Origin: Plasmodiophora brassicae
Lineage: Eukaryota
Length of the DNA: 64,000 nucleotides
Direction: 5' to 3'
Assembly: GCA_036867785.1 (NCBI GenBank)
Contig: CP145424.1
Coordinates: forward strand, 186,001 to 250,000
Of the stretch, positions 23,241-38,970 are shown one piece after another. The stretch's first letter is position 1, and each line of letters starts with the position of its first letter. Position numbers and translations under genes: made by a program. The notes below the pieces were generated by a model. The model searched no databases. It had not been told where the DNA came from and worked only from the letters and a program-made list of their open reading frames with translations.

Positions 23241-23464
23241 ACGGTTAAGGTCGGTTAAGATGTCAGGAGACGACACGACGGACGACTATTGTCTCCACAA
23301 CACGGAATTAACCGACTGCCGAAGCCGTCGGTTGCCGTGGACGTTTATTCAAACTGCGCGGCTGCGCGACCCCCGTCGCGGCCGTGCCATAACATAGAGG
23401 AGCCCCGGAAGGTCAAAGTGGAAGCGAGACAACAACAACTGTAACGAGCATCGAGGGACAGAAT

Positions 23465-26400
23465 ATGTCGTTCGGCAACGATGGCGTCGTCGTCCGCCCA
23501 CAGTGGGCACATCAGGTCCGCCTATTGGTCGGGAAGCAGCGCCAGCTGTTTTGGCTTGCCGGCCGCAGAGGCGTCATGGAGCTCGTCTTCCCGTGCCTCC
23601 TCGTCTTCCTATTCAACACTCCAAATCTCGGCAACACGATCACGCCACGAGCCGATCCAAACGCTGCCCCCACCGTCTTCAACGTATCCACGTTGCCTCC
23701 CTACCAAGCATTCCTTGGCAATGTATACCCACCGCCAATCAGTATGCAGTATAGCGCCGACTGGCAACCGTTCTACTGGAGTACGAATCCTGGACCACGA
23801 CTGTGGTGGGCACCGGCGCCGTCGCAGGCTTTGACGGCTTTCCTGAACGGAAGCGGTTTCCCGACCTCCGAAGTTCGCGCCTTCGCCAGCGAGAACGACA
23901 TGATGGATGCGTACAGCAACGCCGTGCCAGGCACATTCTGGGCTGGCGTCGTTATCCATAATACGGGTCCGAACTGGCACTATTCCATTCGCTTGAACGG
24001 CACGTACGCTCCCGATACATCGTCCGACCTGCAGGCCGTCGTCCGGAACAGTAACCAGTACGCCCTGCCAGGCTCGTACGGTAGGCGAATTATGCAGTGC
24101 CGCTGGAGATCGCATATCGTGCCATCCGCTGATCAGATCCGTATCGTCAGGCAAGTACTTCGCCAGCGGGTTCCTGACGCTGCAGGCCATGGTGGATAAG
24201 AGCCTTGGTGGGGCCAACGTCCACGCCACGCAGCGATTACCGATAGTGGTATCGACGGGCGCGTCCGTCACCTGGATCCTGCGCTGGCTGACAGGATGGT
24301 GCCTCAACATCGGCATCATGTTCTATTTCAATGTACGGTGGACGAATTGTGGACCTGTATCTCTGTATCGACGAGTACTGACTGCCTGTTCTGTGGTGTT
24401 GATCGATCATCCCGCAGACCATCACCGTTCGCATGGTATTCGAGAAGGAGCAGGAGATCACGCGCGGATACCTGCTCATGGGCGTATCCCGGTCGGCGTA
24501 CTGGGCGCACTGGGCCGTCTATTTCTCGATGCAGTCCCTGGCGATCTCCCTGGCCTTGGCCGGCATCCTGTACCTGGTGCGCACGGCCTACTATTCGTCG
24601 TTCGGCCTGGTCTTCATCTGGATGTACCTGTTCATGCTGGGCCTGGTGGCACTGGCCATGCTGGCCGCGTCCGCCATCGACAAGACCGACAGCATCACGT
24701 CGGTCGGTCTGGCGTGCGTGCTGACTTCGGGCGCCTGCTACGTTCCCGTGGCGATCACGGGTGCGCCCAGCGCCGTTCTGGTCGTCCTGTCCCTGTTCCC
24801 CTGGTTCGCCAGCTTCACGGGCGGCGACATCATCAACCAGTACGATTACCAGGGCCTGGCCCTCGGCATCACTACAGACAACGTCCTGCCGCAGTCCCCC
24901 TTTGGTTACATTGTCATTGCTCAGGCCTGCAGCGTCGTGGTGCTGTTCACCATCGCCTTCTACCGCCTGCAGCAACCGCAACGGGCGACTCGCTTGCCGC
25001 CCTCACCCGCTGCCGAGCAGGCGGCGGCCGCAGTGAATATCGAGGACCCGCCCACCGACTTCAGCGCCATCGTCGACGTGCGCGACCTGGTCGTCGGGTT
25101 CGGCCCGCCCAGCAAGGCGTTCCGGGCCGTCGACGGCCTGTCGCTGCGAATCAACCGCGGCGAAGTGTTCACCGTGCTGGGGCACAACGGCGCGGGCAAG
25201 ACGACGACCATGTCTGCGATCTCGGGCGAGCTGGCGCCGTCGTCCGGCGCGATCACGTTCACGTTCGCCGACGGGGCCACGTTCGAGCGCGGCGACCAGT
25301 GCGGCACGCGGATCCGCGTCTGCCCGCAGCGCGACGTCATCTACGACGTCCTGACCGCTCGCCAGCATCTGACGCTGTTCGCCGCCCTGAAGGGCGCGTC
25401 GGCCGACGACGTGGAGGCGGTCCTGGGGCAGTGCGGCCTGGCGGGCCACGCCGACCGCCCCGCTGGCGACTTCAGCGGCGGCATGAAACGCAAGGTCACC
25501 CTAGCCATGGCGCTGCTGGGCCGCCCCGAGCTGGTCTTCCTCGACGAACCGACCGCGTACAGTGGGCACCGACTCCTTGCAACCAGCCTGGCAGCAGACG
25601 TGTGTGGATTGATACGTGCGTTCGTGCAGGGGGATGGACCCAGTCAGCCGTCGCAGCGTCTGGGACATGATCCTGGCGGTGCGTCGCCAGGGCACCACCG
25701 TCGTCCTGACGACGCACTTCATGGACGAGGCCGACCTGCTCAGCGACCGCATCGCCATCGTGCGTCGCGGGCGCCGGATCGCGCAAGGGTCCCCGCTGTT
25801 CCTGAAGAACGCGCTCGGCGTCGGCTACACGCTGACCGCCGTCCCGTCACCGGGCCGCACGCACGACGACGTCGCCAGGGTCGTCGCCTCGGTCCTGCCG
25901 AACGCCACCGCGACGACGTCGCCGACGACGGGCGAGTCGCCGGCGGACGCCTCCGCCTACGCGCTCGCGCTCGGCGACGAACCCCGGTTCGCCACGTTGC
26001 TGCGCGCCCTGGACGACGTGTCGTCGGACGTGTCCCTGCAGCTGACATCGCTGGAGGACGTGTTCCTCAGCACGGCCCGCGAGTCGACGTCGTCGGAGAA
26101 CCCTCCGGTTGGCGCCCCCCAGCTGGCTGCTGCTGCCATCGCCGTGTCCACCGGCCCCGTTCGTATTCGTGATGCGCCCGCCGACGCTGTTGTCGTCCCC
26201 GTCGGGGATCAGCAGCAGTTGTCGTCGTCGTCGCCGCCGCCGCCGTCGCCGCCGCCGCCGTCGCCGCAGCAGCAGGAGGAACGGCGCCGGCCTCCATCGG
26301 CCGTGTCCCGCTTGCGAACGCTGGTGCGCCTGCAGGTCACCCTGCAGAGGCGCAACCGCCGCGCCATGTTCTTCTCGTTCGCCTTCCCGGCCATCATCCT

Positions 26401-28645
26401 CGTCGTTGCGTTCGTCGTCGGCGGCCAGTACAGCGGCAACGCGGCACAGTCGCCGGCGCCGCTCGACCTGCTGCCGGGCGTCCTGGCACCCGCCTACGTC
26501 GGATCGCCCGCCCGCGTCGCCGTCTCCGGCATCGACGGCGGCGCCCTCGGCCCGCCCTTGACCGCGTCGTCGTCGTCGGCCGCGTACCGCGCCGGCGGGT
26601 ACGACCCGGCCACGGGCGCCCTGTTGTACAACTCGAGCCTACCGGCGGCCGCGTCCCTGATGCTGTCGGCCCTGTCGAATGCGACGCTGGTGGCGGGCGC
26701 CGGATCCGTCCGCGTTCGCAACGCGCCGCTGCCGTTCCGCCAGGGCTACGTCGTCGACGTCGGCGCCCTGCTGATCCCGATGCTGTCGTCGATGGCGTTT
26801 GCCGCGTTTGCCTACGTCTGCATCCAGGCGGCCGTCTGGCGGCACCGGCACCTCAGCACGCAGCTGCGCCTGATGGGCGTGTCGTGGCGCGTCCAGCTGC
26901 TGTCGTTCGCCCTGCAGCGCCTGCTGGTCGTGTTCCCATTCGTGGCGGGCCTGGCCCTGGTCCTGGCGTTCGCCACCGGGTCGCGCCTGGTCGGCGACGG
27001 CGGCCGCTGGCTCGCCTTCGTCCTGCTCCTCGTCCTGTACGCCGGCGCCGTCCTGCCCTTCTCCCTGATGCTCCTGCCGCTGATGAGGTCGGAGCGCCAG
27101 GCCGTCGAGGTGTTCCCCCTGATCTGGAACGTCGTCTCGATCGTCCCGTTCATCCTGATCTGGGTGCTCAGCGTCAGCAGCGACAGCACGACGCGGGCGG
27201 CGTCGGCCACGATGGGCAACGTCCTCACCGTCATCCCGTCCATCGCCTACCAGACGGGCATCCAGCGCCTGCTGACCCTGTCGAGCGCGGTCGGCGCGCG
27301 CCCCATCCGCTGGTCGGACACGTTCTCGGCAGATCCGGGTACGGGCGTGCTGACCCAGGTCCTGGTGCTGGCCGCCGTCGCCCTGCTGTCGACCGCCGTC
27401 GTCCTGTTCCAGACGCGGGCGCCGCCCCTGGCGCCGCCGACGACGACGACCGTGCCGACGAACGGCGACGACGACGACGACGACGACGAGAACGTGCGCG
27501 GGGAGCACGTTCGCGCGGCCGACGGCGGCGACGCGGCCGGTGGCATCCGGGCCCTGCGCCTCGTCAAGGAGTTCAACGGGCGGCGCGTCCTGGACCAGAT
27601 GAGCATCGCGGTGGCCAGATCGGAGCTGTTCGTCCTGCTGGGGCCGAACGGCGCCGGCAAGACGACGACGATGCGGGTGCTGACGGGCGAGGAGCCGGCC
27701 ACGTCCGGGCGCGTGCACCTGGGCGCCCAGGCGTGCGCGACGCCCGACGACTTCCGCCGCCTGTACGCCAGCGGCCTGGTCGGGTACTGCCCGCAGTTCG
27801 ACGCCCTGTTCCCGGAGATGAGCGCCTCGGAGCACCTGGTGCTGTCGGCGCGCCTCCGCGGCCTCCCCCTGCGACCCGAACTCGACCGCCTCGACGCCGT
27901 CGGCCTCGAGCCCGCCCTACACCACCGACCCAGCGCCCAACTGTAAGGAACGCGCGCGCGCGCCTGTACGACGACATCGACAGGCCTGAGCCGGTGCCCC
28001 TGGGTGTGTGTGCGCGTTGTCGCGTCGTGCAGGTCGGGAGGCGGGCGCCGCAAGATCTCGCTGGCGCTGGCGCTGTCGGGCGACCCGGGCGTCCTGCTGC
28101 TCGACGAACCGTCGACGGGCCTGGATCCGGCGTCGCGTCGCGTCACGTGGCAGGCGCTGAAGGCGGCGCGCCGGCGCGGTGCCGCCCTGATCCTGTCGAC
28201 GCATGTCATGGAGGAGGCGGAAGCGCTGGCCACCCGGGTCGGCATCGCCATCAACGGGCGCCTGCGCGCCGTCGGCACGCCGGCGTCGCTGTCGGCCCAG
28301 TTCTGCGCGTTCCTGTCCGTCGAGATCAGCTCGAAGGCCGCCGACGGCGTCGTGGCGTTCCTCGAGGACGGGGCCAAGGCCGGCGACGGGCCCCTGCAGG
28401 GCGTCGTCGTCGTCGAGCGCGTGCGCACGCGTGTCCGCGCGCAGGTGCCCCGGGCGGCGCGCACGTCGCTGCCGGCGCAGCTGGCCGACCTGTTCCACCT
28501 GTTCCAGGGCGAGCGCGCCCGCCTGCACATCGACTTCTATTCGATCGCCCAGATGAACCTCGAGCAGATCTTTGTCCGGTTCGCCACCGGCCAGATGCGC
28601 GGCGGCAACGTCGCCGACGTCGCCCAGCGCTGGTCAACACATTAG
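23465..28645 (+). CDS. Full-size ABCA-subfamily ABC transporter (multi-exon)
   Basis: TMD-NBD-TMD-NBD. NBD1: LGHNGAGKTT, FSGGMKRK, LDEPTA-GMDP. NBD2: LGPNGAGKTT, GYCPQFDAL, LSGG split by intron 27943-28032, LDEPSTGLDP. ABCA motifs SLEDVFL and LEQIF. Confidence 0.95.
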
Positions 28646-28820
28646 CCCCTGGGTACGTTGCTGTTGTCCACTGCCTGCGCTCTACAAGGGATGCAGCGGA
28701 AGGCGCCGGCCTGCACCTGTGAAGTGACTTGTAGATAGCAGACGGGTGCGGGTGGCACGTGCACCCTTCCCCCGCACGTCGAGGGGAGATATTCACCCGT
28801 CGACGTCTGGCGCCGCCACC

Positions 28821-30930
28821 ATGCCTGGGTCGTGGGCGGGCGGCGGCGGCGGCGCGTCCGCGTCGAGCTCGGGTCGCACCGCACCGCTGGCCGCCGATAC
28901 GGTCGGGGCCGGCTTCGAGGCGGCCGTCCGCCGCGTCCATCACTGTACGCTGGTGGCGAACGCGAGGTCGCGCGCCGCCAAGGCCACCAGCGCCGCCATG
29001 CTGAGCGCGAACCTGTCCCGGCTGGGCCGGCGGGTCGTTGAGCACCGCGACCAGCTGGGTCGCCTGACGCAGGGCATCGCGCACGACGTCGCCCGCAACG
29101 AGGACGCCGCGTTCCGGGTCGCCCAGTCGTCCAACGACGCGTTCGAGTGCGGCGAGCGCCTGTCGGCCATCGCCAGAGACCTGGACGCCCAGATCGACGG
29201 GGCCGCCCGGGCAATCGGCGCCCTACGCCAGGCGCAGGGCGTCGGCGCCGCCGGCCACGAGCACCAGCAGCGGGTCGATCGGCAGGTGCGCATCCTGGAG
29301 AAGAACATGGTGGCCGGACGGCAGCGCCTGTCGGAAGCGGCACAGAACGCGCGCCTGGTATGCCCTGCCCTGCGCCCGCCCGCCTGACGACGACGACGAC
29401 GACGCCACTGACCGATCAACTTTTTCGCCCAGGCGAAGCAGCAGATGCAGGCGATCGGCCGGAGCAACGCCCTGCAGGTCATGGTGCAGGCGTCCATCGA
29501 GGGCGACATGGGCGGCCTCCTGGCCGACGTCAACCGCCACGTCGACCGGATCATGGCGGCGCGCCACGACACCGACGAGGCCCGGGGGCAGATCGTCGCG
29601 CTTCGTGACGCGGCCGACAGGCAGGTCGGCGGGCGCGCTGGCCAACGTGTGCTGCTCCCAAGTACCCTAACGGTCCCCATTTGACGCACAGGTGCGCCAG
29701 TTCGAGTACGACTGGCAGTGCCTGGCCGATTTCGAACGGGAGCACCCGATCCTGAACCGCGACAACCTGTTCGACGAGATGCGATCCGATTATCAGGTAG
29801 GCGGCGGGGGTGGCACGTGACGCGCGTATGCACCTGACCACCCCGCGTCGTCGTCGTCGTCGCCGTCAGGCGATCGTGCGGACGCGCCACGCGGAGACCA
29901 GGAAGGTGCAGATGGCCACGGTCGCCGCCCAGATCGAGGTGGGCCGTGCCCGCCAGCAGGTCGACGAGGCGCGCGCCCGGATCGACGCGTTCGTGTCGCT
30001 GTTCGGCAGGATCCGCGAGGCGACCGGCCTGGACACGGACCGGGAGATCGTCGACGCGCTCCAGAAGGCGCACGGCAGGCAGCTGGAGATGCTGTTCGAC
30101 CTGGAGCAGCTGGAGAACGCCGAGTACGACCTCCAGCAGCAGATCGCGGACGACGCCGCCGCCGCCCGACAGCAGGTCTGAGCTCTGTGCACAAGCCCAG
30201 CTGGGTCGCCGCTGTCCGCTGACGACGCGTTGCTCCCGGGTGCAGGCGGCGGCCGCCACGACGACGACGACGACGCGATCGCGCATGGCGGCGTACGCCC
30301 AGCAGCTGAAGACGCGCATCGCTCAGACGACCGCCCAGCTGCACACGCTGGAGAGGCAGCGTCGCGACGCGCTCGCCAGGATGGACCTGTTCGCCGAGGT
30401 AGGACGACGGACGGCCGCCGGGACTAGGGGCGACACCCTGCGAGGGCCTAACCGCTGTCGGGTAGGCCATCGAGGAGCGGTTCGGGTTGCAGCGCGGGGC
30501 GACCGGCGAATCCGATTGGCACCGCCTGGAGAAGAACGTCGCCGACCTGCAGGACGAGGTCGCCCGCCTGCTGGCCATCAAGGACGACCTGGACGCGGCC
30601 GTGCCAGACGAGCGCGGATCGATCGGCGACGGCGGCACGCCTGCGAAACGGCTCAGCGTGCTGTTCGAGGAGGAGCGGCTGCACGAGGAGGCGCTGGTCC
30701 GGACGGATCACGACCCGGCCGACGCCCTGCCGGACGGGGCCGCGTCGAAACGCGTGACGAACGCGGCCGTCGCCCAGACCATGTTCATTCGCGGCCTGCT
30801 GGACTCGCTGGAGAAACACGCCGAAGCCACAGTGCAGGCGCGGACGACCGCCAAGGCCAAGGAGCAGCAGGAGCAGCAGCAGGAACAGCAGCAGCAGCAG
30901 CAGCAGCATCAGCAGCACCAGGGACAGTAA
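28821..30930 (+). CDS. Coiled-coil protein resembling outer dynein arm docking complex subunits (multi-exon)
   Basis: Helical exons including FGRIREATGLDTDREIVDAL, similar to the ODA-DC/CCDC114-151 motif; polyQ at the end; 3' end uncertain. Confidence 0.55.
30862..30920 (+). repeat. CAG-rich polyglutamine tract
   Basis: Encodes EQQEQQQEQQQQQQQHQQHQ. Confidence 0.9.
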
Positions 30931-31318
30931 GCAGACCTCGGCCCGTTGGGCCATGTACGAAGCCGGACGCTTCACAGACGGGCGCGCGGCAATCATCGTA
31001 CGTGCTACCGTAATAAACCTGTGTACCCTGCATTGATAACCAGGCGTGTCCCGCCCTGCTGCCCAGGTCCGGCAGGAGGTGTTCAGCGCCATCGCGCAGG
31101 AGGGCCGCTATGAACGAACACGTGGGCAGGTCTCCCCGGCACACGTGTAGGACGCAGCCTGCGCGCTGGCCGTCTTCTGCTCCCGTGCCTTGCGGTACGA
31201 CGGGCCGACGGTTCGTTGCCCGCGTCCCGGCTCCCCGGATCGTCACCGACGTAGGCGCCCTTCTCGTCCGGCTTGCTGTGTACACGATCGCGTCGGCGTA
31301 CGGCCACTGAGCCTAATC

Positions 31319-33950
<2,632 letters not shown>

Positions 33951-34164
33951 CCACCAGCAACCCTTCTAAACCCCGGACCACAATGATGAGAAGTACCACC
34001 TATACCGTACCTTATCAGGCGGGTACCGTACCCCGGGGCACCGTTCCGGTCCACGGTTCGCAGCTTGCAGCTGGCCAGAGTGCACGAGCGGAAGTTGCGC
34101 GACGGGGGGCCCGTCCAGTGCTGCGCGCGCACCTCGGAGCGGTCGGGCGGGCGGTCGTCACCAG

Positions 34165-34764
34165 ATGACGTTGGACGATGGCGTGCCGCCGTCGCTGCCC
34201 AAGGAGCGCATGCGGCCGGCCGACCAGGCGACGATGAATGCGATGGAGAACTGTGCCGTCAAGGGCGTCTTCAGTGGCCTCGCAGGTCGTGTCGCCGTGT
34301 CTGCGCGCTAGGCTGGGTGCGGGATCGCTGAGCGTGCGCGCATGGGCTCCAGGCGGCGCCATGGGGCTCGTGTTCGGCCTGATGATGGGGTCGTTCGACC
34401 ACTCGATGTCGATGAGCGAGGAGTATCAGGCGGCCGACAGCCGTACCAAGATCCGCATGACTATGAAAGACATGGTCGCCAAGAGCAAATCCTGGGGCAA
34501 GAACTTCGCCGTCGTCGGCCTGATCTACTCGGCGACGGAGTGTTTCATTGAAAAGGTCGGGCCTGAAACACCGCGTTCCCCACCCTGCGGCTGATGGGCG
34601 CTTCTCTCCAGCAACGCGCCAAGCACGACCTGTACAACGTGGCCATGGCCGGCTGCGTGACCGGAGCCGCGTTAAGCGCCAAGTCGGGCCCTCAGGCCAT
34701 GCTGTTCGGTTGCGCTGGTTTCGCAGCGTTCTCTGCTGCAATCGACGCCTACATGGAAAGATAA
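34165..34764 (+). CDS. TIM22: Mitochondrial import inner membrane translocase TIM22 (3 exons)
   Basis: MENCAVK..., [27 protein letters not shown]...AGCVTG...[13 protein letters not shown]. Confidence 0.93.
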
Positions 34765-35141
34765 ACCGGTTCTGCTGACTCCCCGTTCGTCGTTGCGGCA
34801 TCCCAGACGTCGTCCGTTCACGGGACCCACAAAGGCGGCCCCGTCGCGTGGATCAAACGAACGAGGTTCGCCCATGGATCGTTCCCACCCTTCCTGGAAG
34901 CAGGGTGGGAACCGGCACGTTGTAGCGTTCGTGGACATCGCAACTCCCGGTCGGGTTGAACGGTGGCGGCCCATCGTACGGGGCGTCGACGGGTGCAGCG
35001 ACCAGTATCACGTGATGCGGAAACCGGATCGTCAAAGAAACCTGCCTGAACAGGTGCCCACGTCGGGATATCATCGGATCGCATGCAGTACCACACAGAC
35101 ATCCGCGACATCAGCGTAATCCCGAGGGGTTGAGACGGGAG

Positions 35142-36597
35142 ATGGGTGCATGTCTAAGCTCGACCGACAACGAAGAGTTTCGCGGCAGCGTCGTGCTGTC
35201 GTCGATCCTCGACAGGGAGCGTAAGGACGCGGCGTCGCAGTACGTGATCCTGTTCCTGGGCACGGGTGAGAGCGGCAAGTCGACCTTCTTCAAGCAGCTG
35301 AAGATCATCCACGGCGGCGGCATCGACAAGGGCGACCGGGCCGCCATCCGCTCCTGCATACGCACCATGATCATCTCCGACGTCATGATTCTGATTCGAG
35401 GGTGCCTGCTGCCCAACATGGCCGGCCTGATCGGCCAGGACGTCAAAGTGTCCCAGGATATCATCGACATGCTCTGTGGCGCCGAACTGTCGCCCCAGAC
35501 CGTGAAGCAGGCCATCATCGGCGCGTCGCCCGACGACAACTACCTGTCGCCAATGGCCGGCGATCTCATACACGCCATCTGGAACGATCCAATCGTCAAG
35601 AAGGTCGGGCGATCCGAGGTTGTGCATCGCTGTGTGCGCACGCATGCTGACCAATGGGAGCGCAGGTCTACGACAACCGGCGCATGTTCCATCTCGGCGA
35701 CCACGTGTCGTACTTCTTCGACAAGATCAAGACGATCGCCTCTTCCGACTGGGAGCCCACCCAGGACGACTGCGTTCACGCGAGACAAAAGACGACTGGC
35801 GTCGTCGAACAGATGCTGGTGGACCCGAAGACTCAGACCAGTATGAACCTCCAGCGGTTCATGATGCAACCGTGCTGTGCTAACAAATGTGTGTTCGGCT
35901 CGGCAGCCCTGCGCTGCGTAGACGTAGGAGGACAGAGAAGCGAACGCAGGAAGTGGTACGGCGGGTTGTAGACGTCCATGCCATAACACGTGCCTGACAG
36001 CGATGGGCAACAGGGTCGGGCTGTTCTCGCAGGCGACCTGCATAGCGTTCGTCGTCGGCATATCCGAGTACGACCAGACGTGCGCTGAAGACGGCGAGAC
36101 GCTGCGCTCTGTGGAGTCGTTCAACGTGTTCAAGTCGGTATGCCGTGAAGAGCAACTCAAGAAAGCCGGGTTGGTTGCAAACATGGTTCTGGCAATGCCT
36201 ACCTAGTCGGGCGGTCTGACAGTACTCATCTGCAGGATCGTTGTCTTCTTCAACAAGTTAGGTACGCTCCCATGTGGAAACCCTGTTACCTGTGATGTAG
36301 CCATGCATCTGACTGCTGGTGCCAGACTTATTACGGCAGAAGCTGGCGACAGTGCCGTTCGGGCCACCGTACGTGACCGATTTCAATGGGAGTGGGTCAG
36401 CCGAATCCGTTGGTCGATACTTTCGCGACAAGTACCAGGCGGAAGCGACGCTGGCGTTCAGGGAGATCGGCGAGCCGTCGAGACTGGTCCGGTTCTTCCT
36501 GACAACGGCTGTCGACCGGGAAAACGTCAACAAGGTGTTCGAGTCCGTCATCGAAATCGTCATCAGAATCAGCCTGAACAAGTGCGACCTCTGCTAA
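35142..36597 (+). CDS. Heterotrimeric G-protein alpha subunit, paralog 1 (multi-exon)
   Basis: MGAC N-terminus, GTGESGKST, RQKTTG, DVGGQRSERRKW, FFNK-D, TTAVD. Confidence 0.95.
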
Positions 36598-37259
36598 AAG
36601 TCTATCGTTCGCTGCCGGCCCGAATGGCCAGGACAGAATAACAATGTTATAGGGCGTACCTCCAAGGCTCACCTTTGAGGCCGCCCACCAGTATAATGAA
36701 GGACGAATGGTCGCATTGCAGGGGCAAGTCCAAAGAGTTGAACAGGGATCACAAGTGTTATAATTATTAGGATCCCTGGTTCTGGCTCATCGTCAGCCCC
36801 ATCGACGTTATTAGTAGTACCACCCGGCGGTCCTTGCTCCACCAGTGCCTTTTGCTCATATCATCGCCACATCGGCCGATCAGGGTGTATCCCACACCAG
36901 GCTTGGCGACAATACGAGGACAGCGCTGTGCAGAGCAGATACGGGCTGGTGACGTCGACAACGGATCGGATCCGCATGAGCCTCCGTACGAAACCAGTCC
37001 GCAATGCTCGCATGCAGGTCGCCCTTAGCAAGCATCGCACGAGGTAAGCCCAGCAGTGCCTTCTTCGTCATCACCCGCCTCACGCCGATAAGCTGCTAGA
37101 GGTCGTCTAATGGCATCGCCCACGAAGCCCGGTTGGTCGATGACTTTCGACGTGGGCATGCAGGCACGGCACAGAGTCATCCGCGTACGCACTGGCCCAC
37201 ATCAGCTCATGCCCAATTGCGTTCCAGGTCCAGCCACGTCGTAGCCGCCGTGGTCGCCT

Positions 37260-38723
37260 ATGGGGTCGTGTCTCGGGGCGCGCGTCTCTCCTGGCGCGGA
37301 TGAAGAACGTCAGGTCAACAGACTGCTGTCCGCGGAGCTGGAGAAGGAGCAGAAGGCGGCCGCCAAACAGACCGTTATCCTGTTCCTTGGCACTGGCGAG
37401 GGTGGCAAATCGACCTTTTTCAAACAGCTTCGGATCATCCACAACGCGGATCTGACGGCCACCGAGATCGCCTCGCTACGGCAGCAAATACGTTCTATGG
37501 TCATCGCCGATACCGTCACCTTGGTCCGCGGGTGCCTTCTGCCAGAAATGCCGGCCGCCATCGGATGCGGCCTGTCGTTCTCGACCAACCTCGTCGATAT
37601 GCTGAACGGGAGCACTCCCACTCCTGACCTCGTCAGCCACGTCATTGAACTCGCTCCGGTCGATGAGGCCATACTAACGCCAGAGGCCGCCTCACTGATC
37701 GACGCTATCTGGGGCGATCCCGTTGTTCAAAAGGTGTGGCAGAATCTGCCGACGTGCGCATTGCCAACCACGCAGTGAACGTTCGGTGCGCAGGTCTACG
37801 AGCACCGTCGAATGTTTCAGCTGGGTGATCACGCGCAATACTTCTTCAACAAGATCAAAGTGATCGCGCAGGCCGGTTGGCGGCCAACCGCGGACGATAT
37901 GGTCCATGCCAGGCAGAAGTCGACCGGCGTCGTCGAGCAGATTCTGGTCGACCCGGCCGCCGAAATGAGTCAGCCACCCTGGATCAGCATGCATTGTTGA
38001 CGGTGACGTGATGGCGGTGGGACAGATATGAGGTGCATTGATGTTGGTGGTCAACGCAGTGAGCGACGCAAATGGTATTGGGAAACAGCACGCCTCGATG
38101 ACCTGCATATGGGCAACATGAGGTGGCTGAGAGGAGAAACCGTATAGGATCGGTCAATTCTCCCGAGCCACTTGCGTGGCTTTCGTTGTGGGCATCTCCG
38201 AGTACGACCAGACATGCATAGAGGACGGCGAGACTCCGAGGCCCGTCGAATCGTTTAACGTTTTCAAATCGATATGCAGAGAACCTCCGCTGAGGAGCGC
38301 CGGGTCAGTACCAAATAGCTCGCGTTTGCTCAGCTGCGGTGGACACTAATTCTCTTGGTGCAGGATTGTCGTCTTCTTCAATAAGCTAGGTACGATAGCA
38401 TGCCAGTTTGCCACATGCCGATGCTAAGCGAGTGGGCGCTCCTTGGCACAGACCTACTACGCGAGAAACTGTTGAAGGTCCCGTTCGGGCAACCGTACGT
38501 GACCGACTACACGGGAAGCGGGTCGCCCGAATCCGTGGGCCGATACTATAGAGACAAGTACCAGCAGGAGGCCGACGCGGCCTTCCAAGAAATCGGCGAA
38601 CCTAACCGAACCATCAAGTTCTTCCTGACGACCGCCGTCGATAGAGATAACGTCAAGAAGGTCTTCAGTGCCGTCGTTGAGATTGTCACCAAATTGACCC
38701 TGGAACATGCCCATCTTTTATGA
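37260..38723 (+). CDS. Heterotrimeric G-protein alpha subunit, paralog 2 (multi-exon)
   Basis: MGSC N-terminus, GTGEGGKST, RQKSTG, DVGGQRSERRKW, FFNK-D, TTAVD; introns at the same positions as paralog 1. Confidence 0.95.
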
Positions 38724-38970
38724 CCTGCATACATTATTACTGTACTCCCCATTCCGAGCGCGGGCGTTCCTCGCGTGCTGTCTGCACCGCTGCAGTTCGG
38801 TTGTTGCGTGCTGCACCGCGAGAGACGTCGTGGCCTTTTGTGACGCGTTGCGAACACGACGGCCACTGACTGGCCAAGCAGCCGACTGGGCCCATTTGTT
38901 GTTTGTTTTTTGCACTCGACTGACCCCGTTGACGGACAAGGTTGCCCGCGTCTGAGTTGTAGCTGGAGCG

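Larger units (their letters stand above)
17556..23394 (-). mobile_element. Ty3/Gypsy chromovirus family A copy 2, full length
   Basis: Identical 134-bp LTRs (23261-23394, 17556-17689), TSD TAGAG (17551-17555, 23395-23399), gag-PR-RT-RH-IN-chromodomain on the minus strand. Confidence 0.98.

Noticed and set aside
24189-30638. Many long overlapping or antisense ORFs (e.g. 26884-28722, 27247-28530, 28940-30319)
   Set aside because: Arg/Pro/Gly-rich shadow frames expected from very high GC coding DNA.
34880-34912. Hairpin GTTCCCACCCT...AGGGTGGGAAC between TIM22 and G-alpha 1
   Set aside because: Isolated 11-bp stem with no recognisable ncRNA boxes; cannot support a call without a covariance search.
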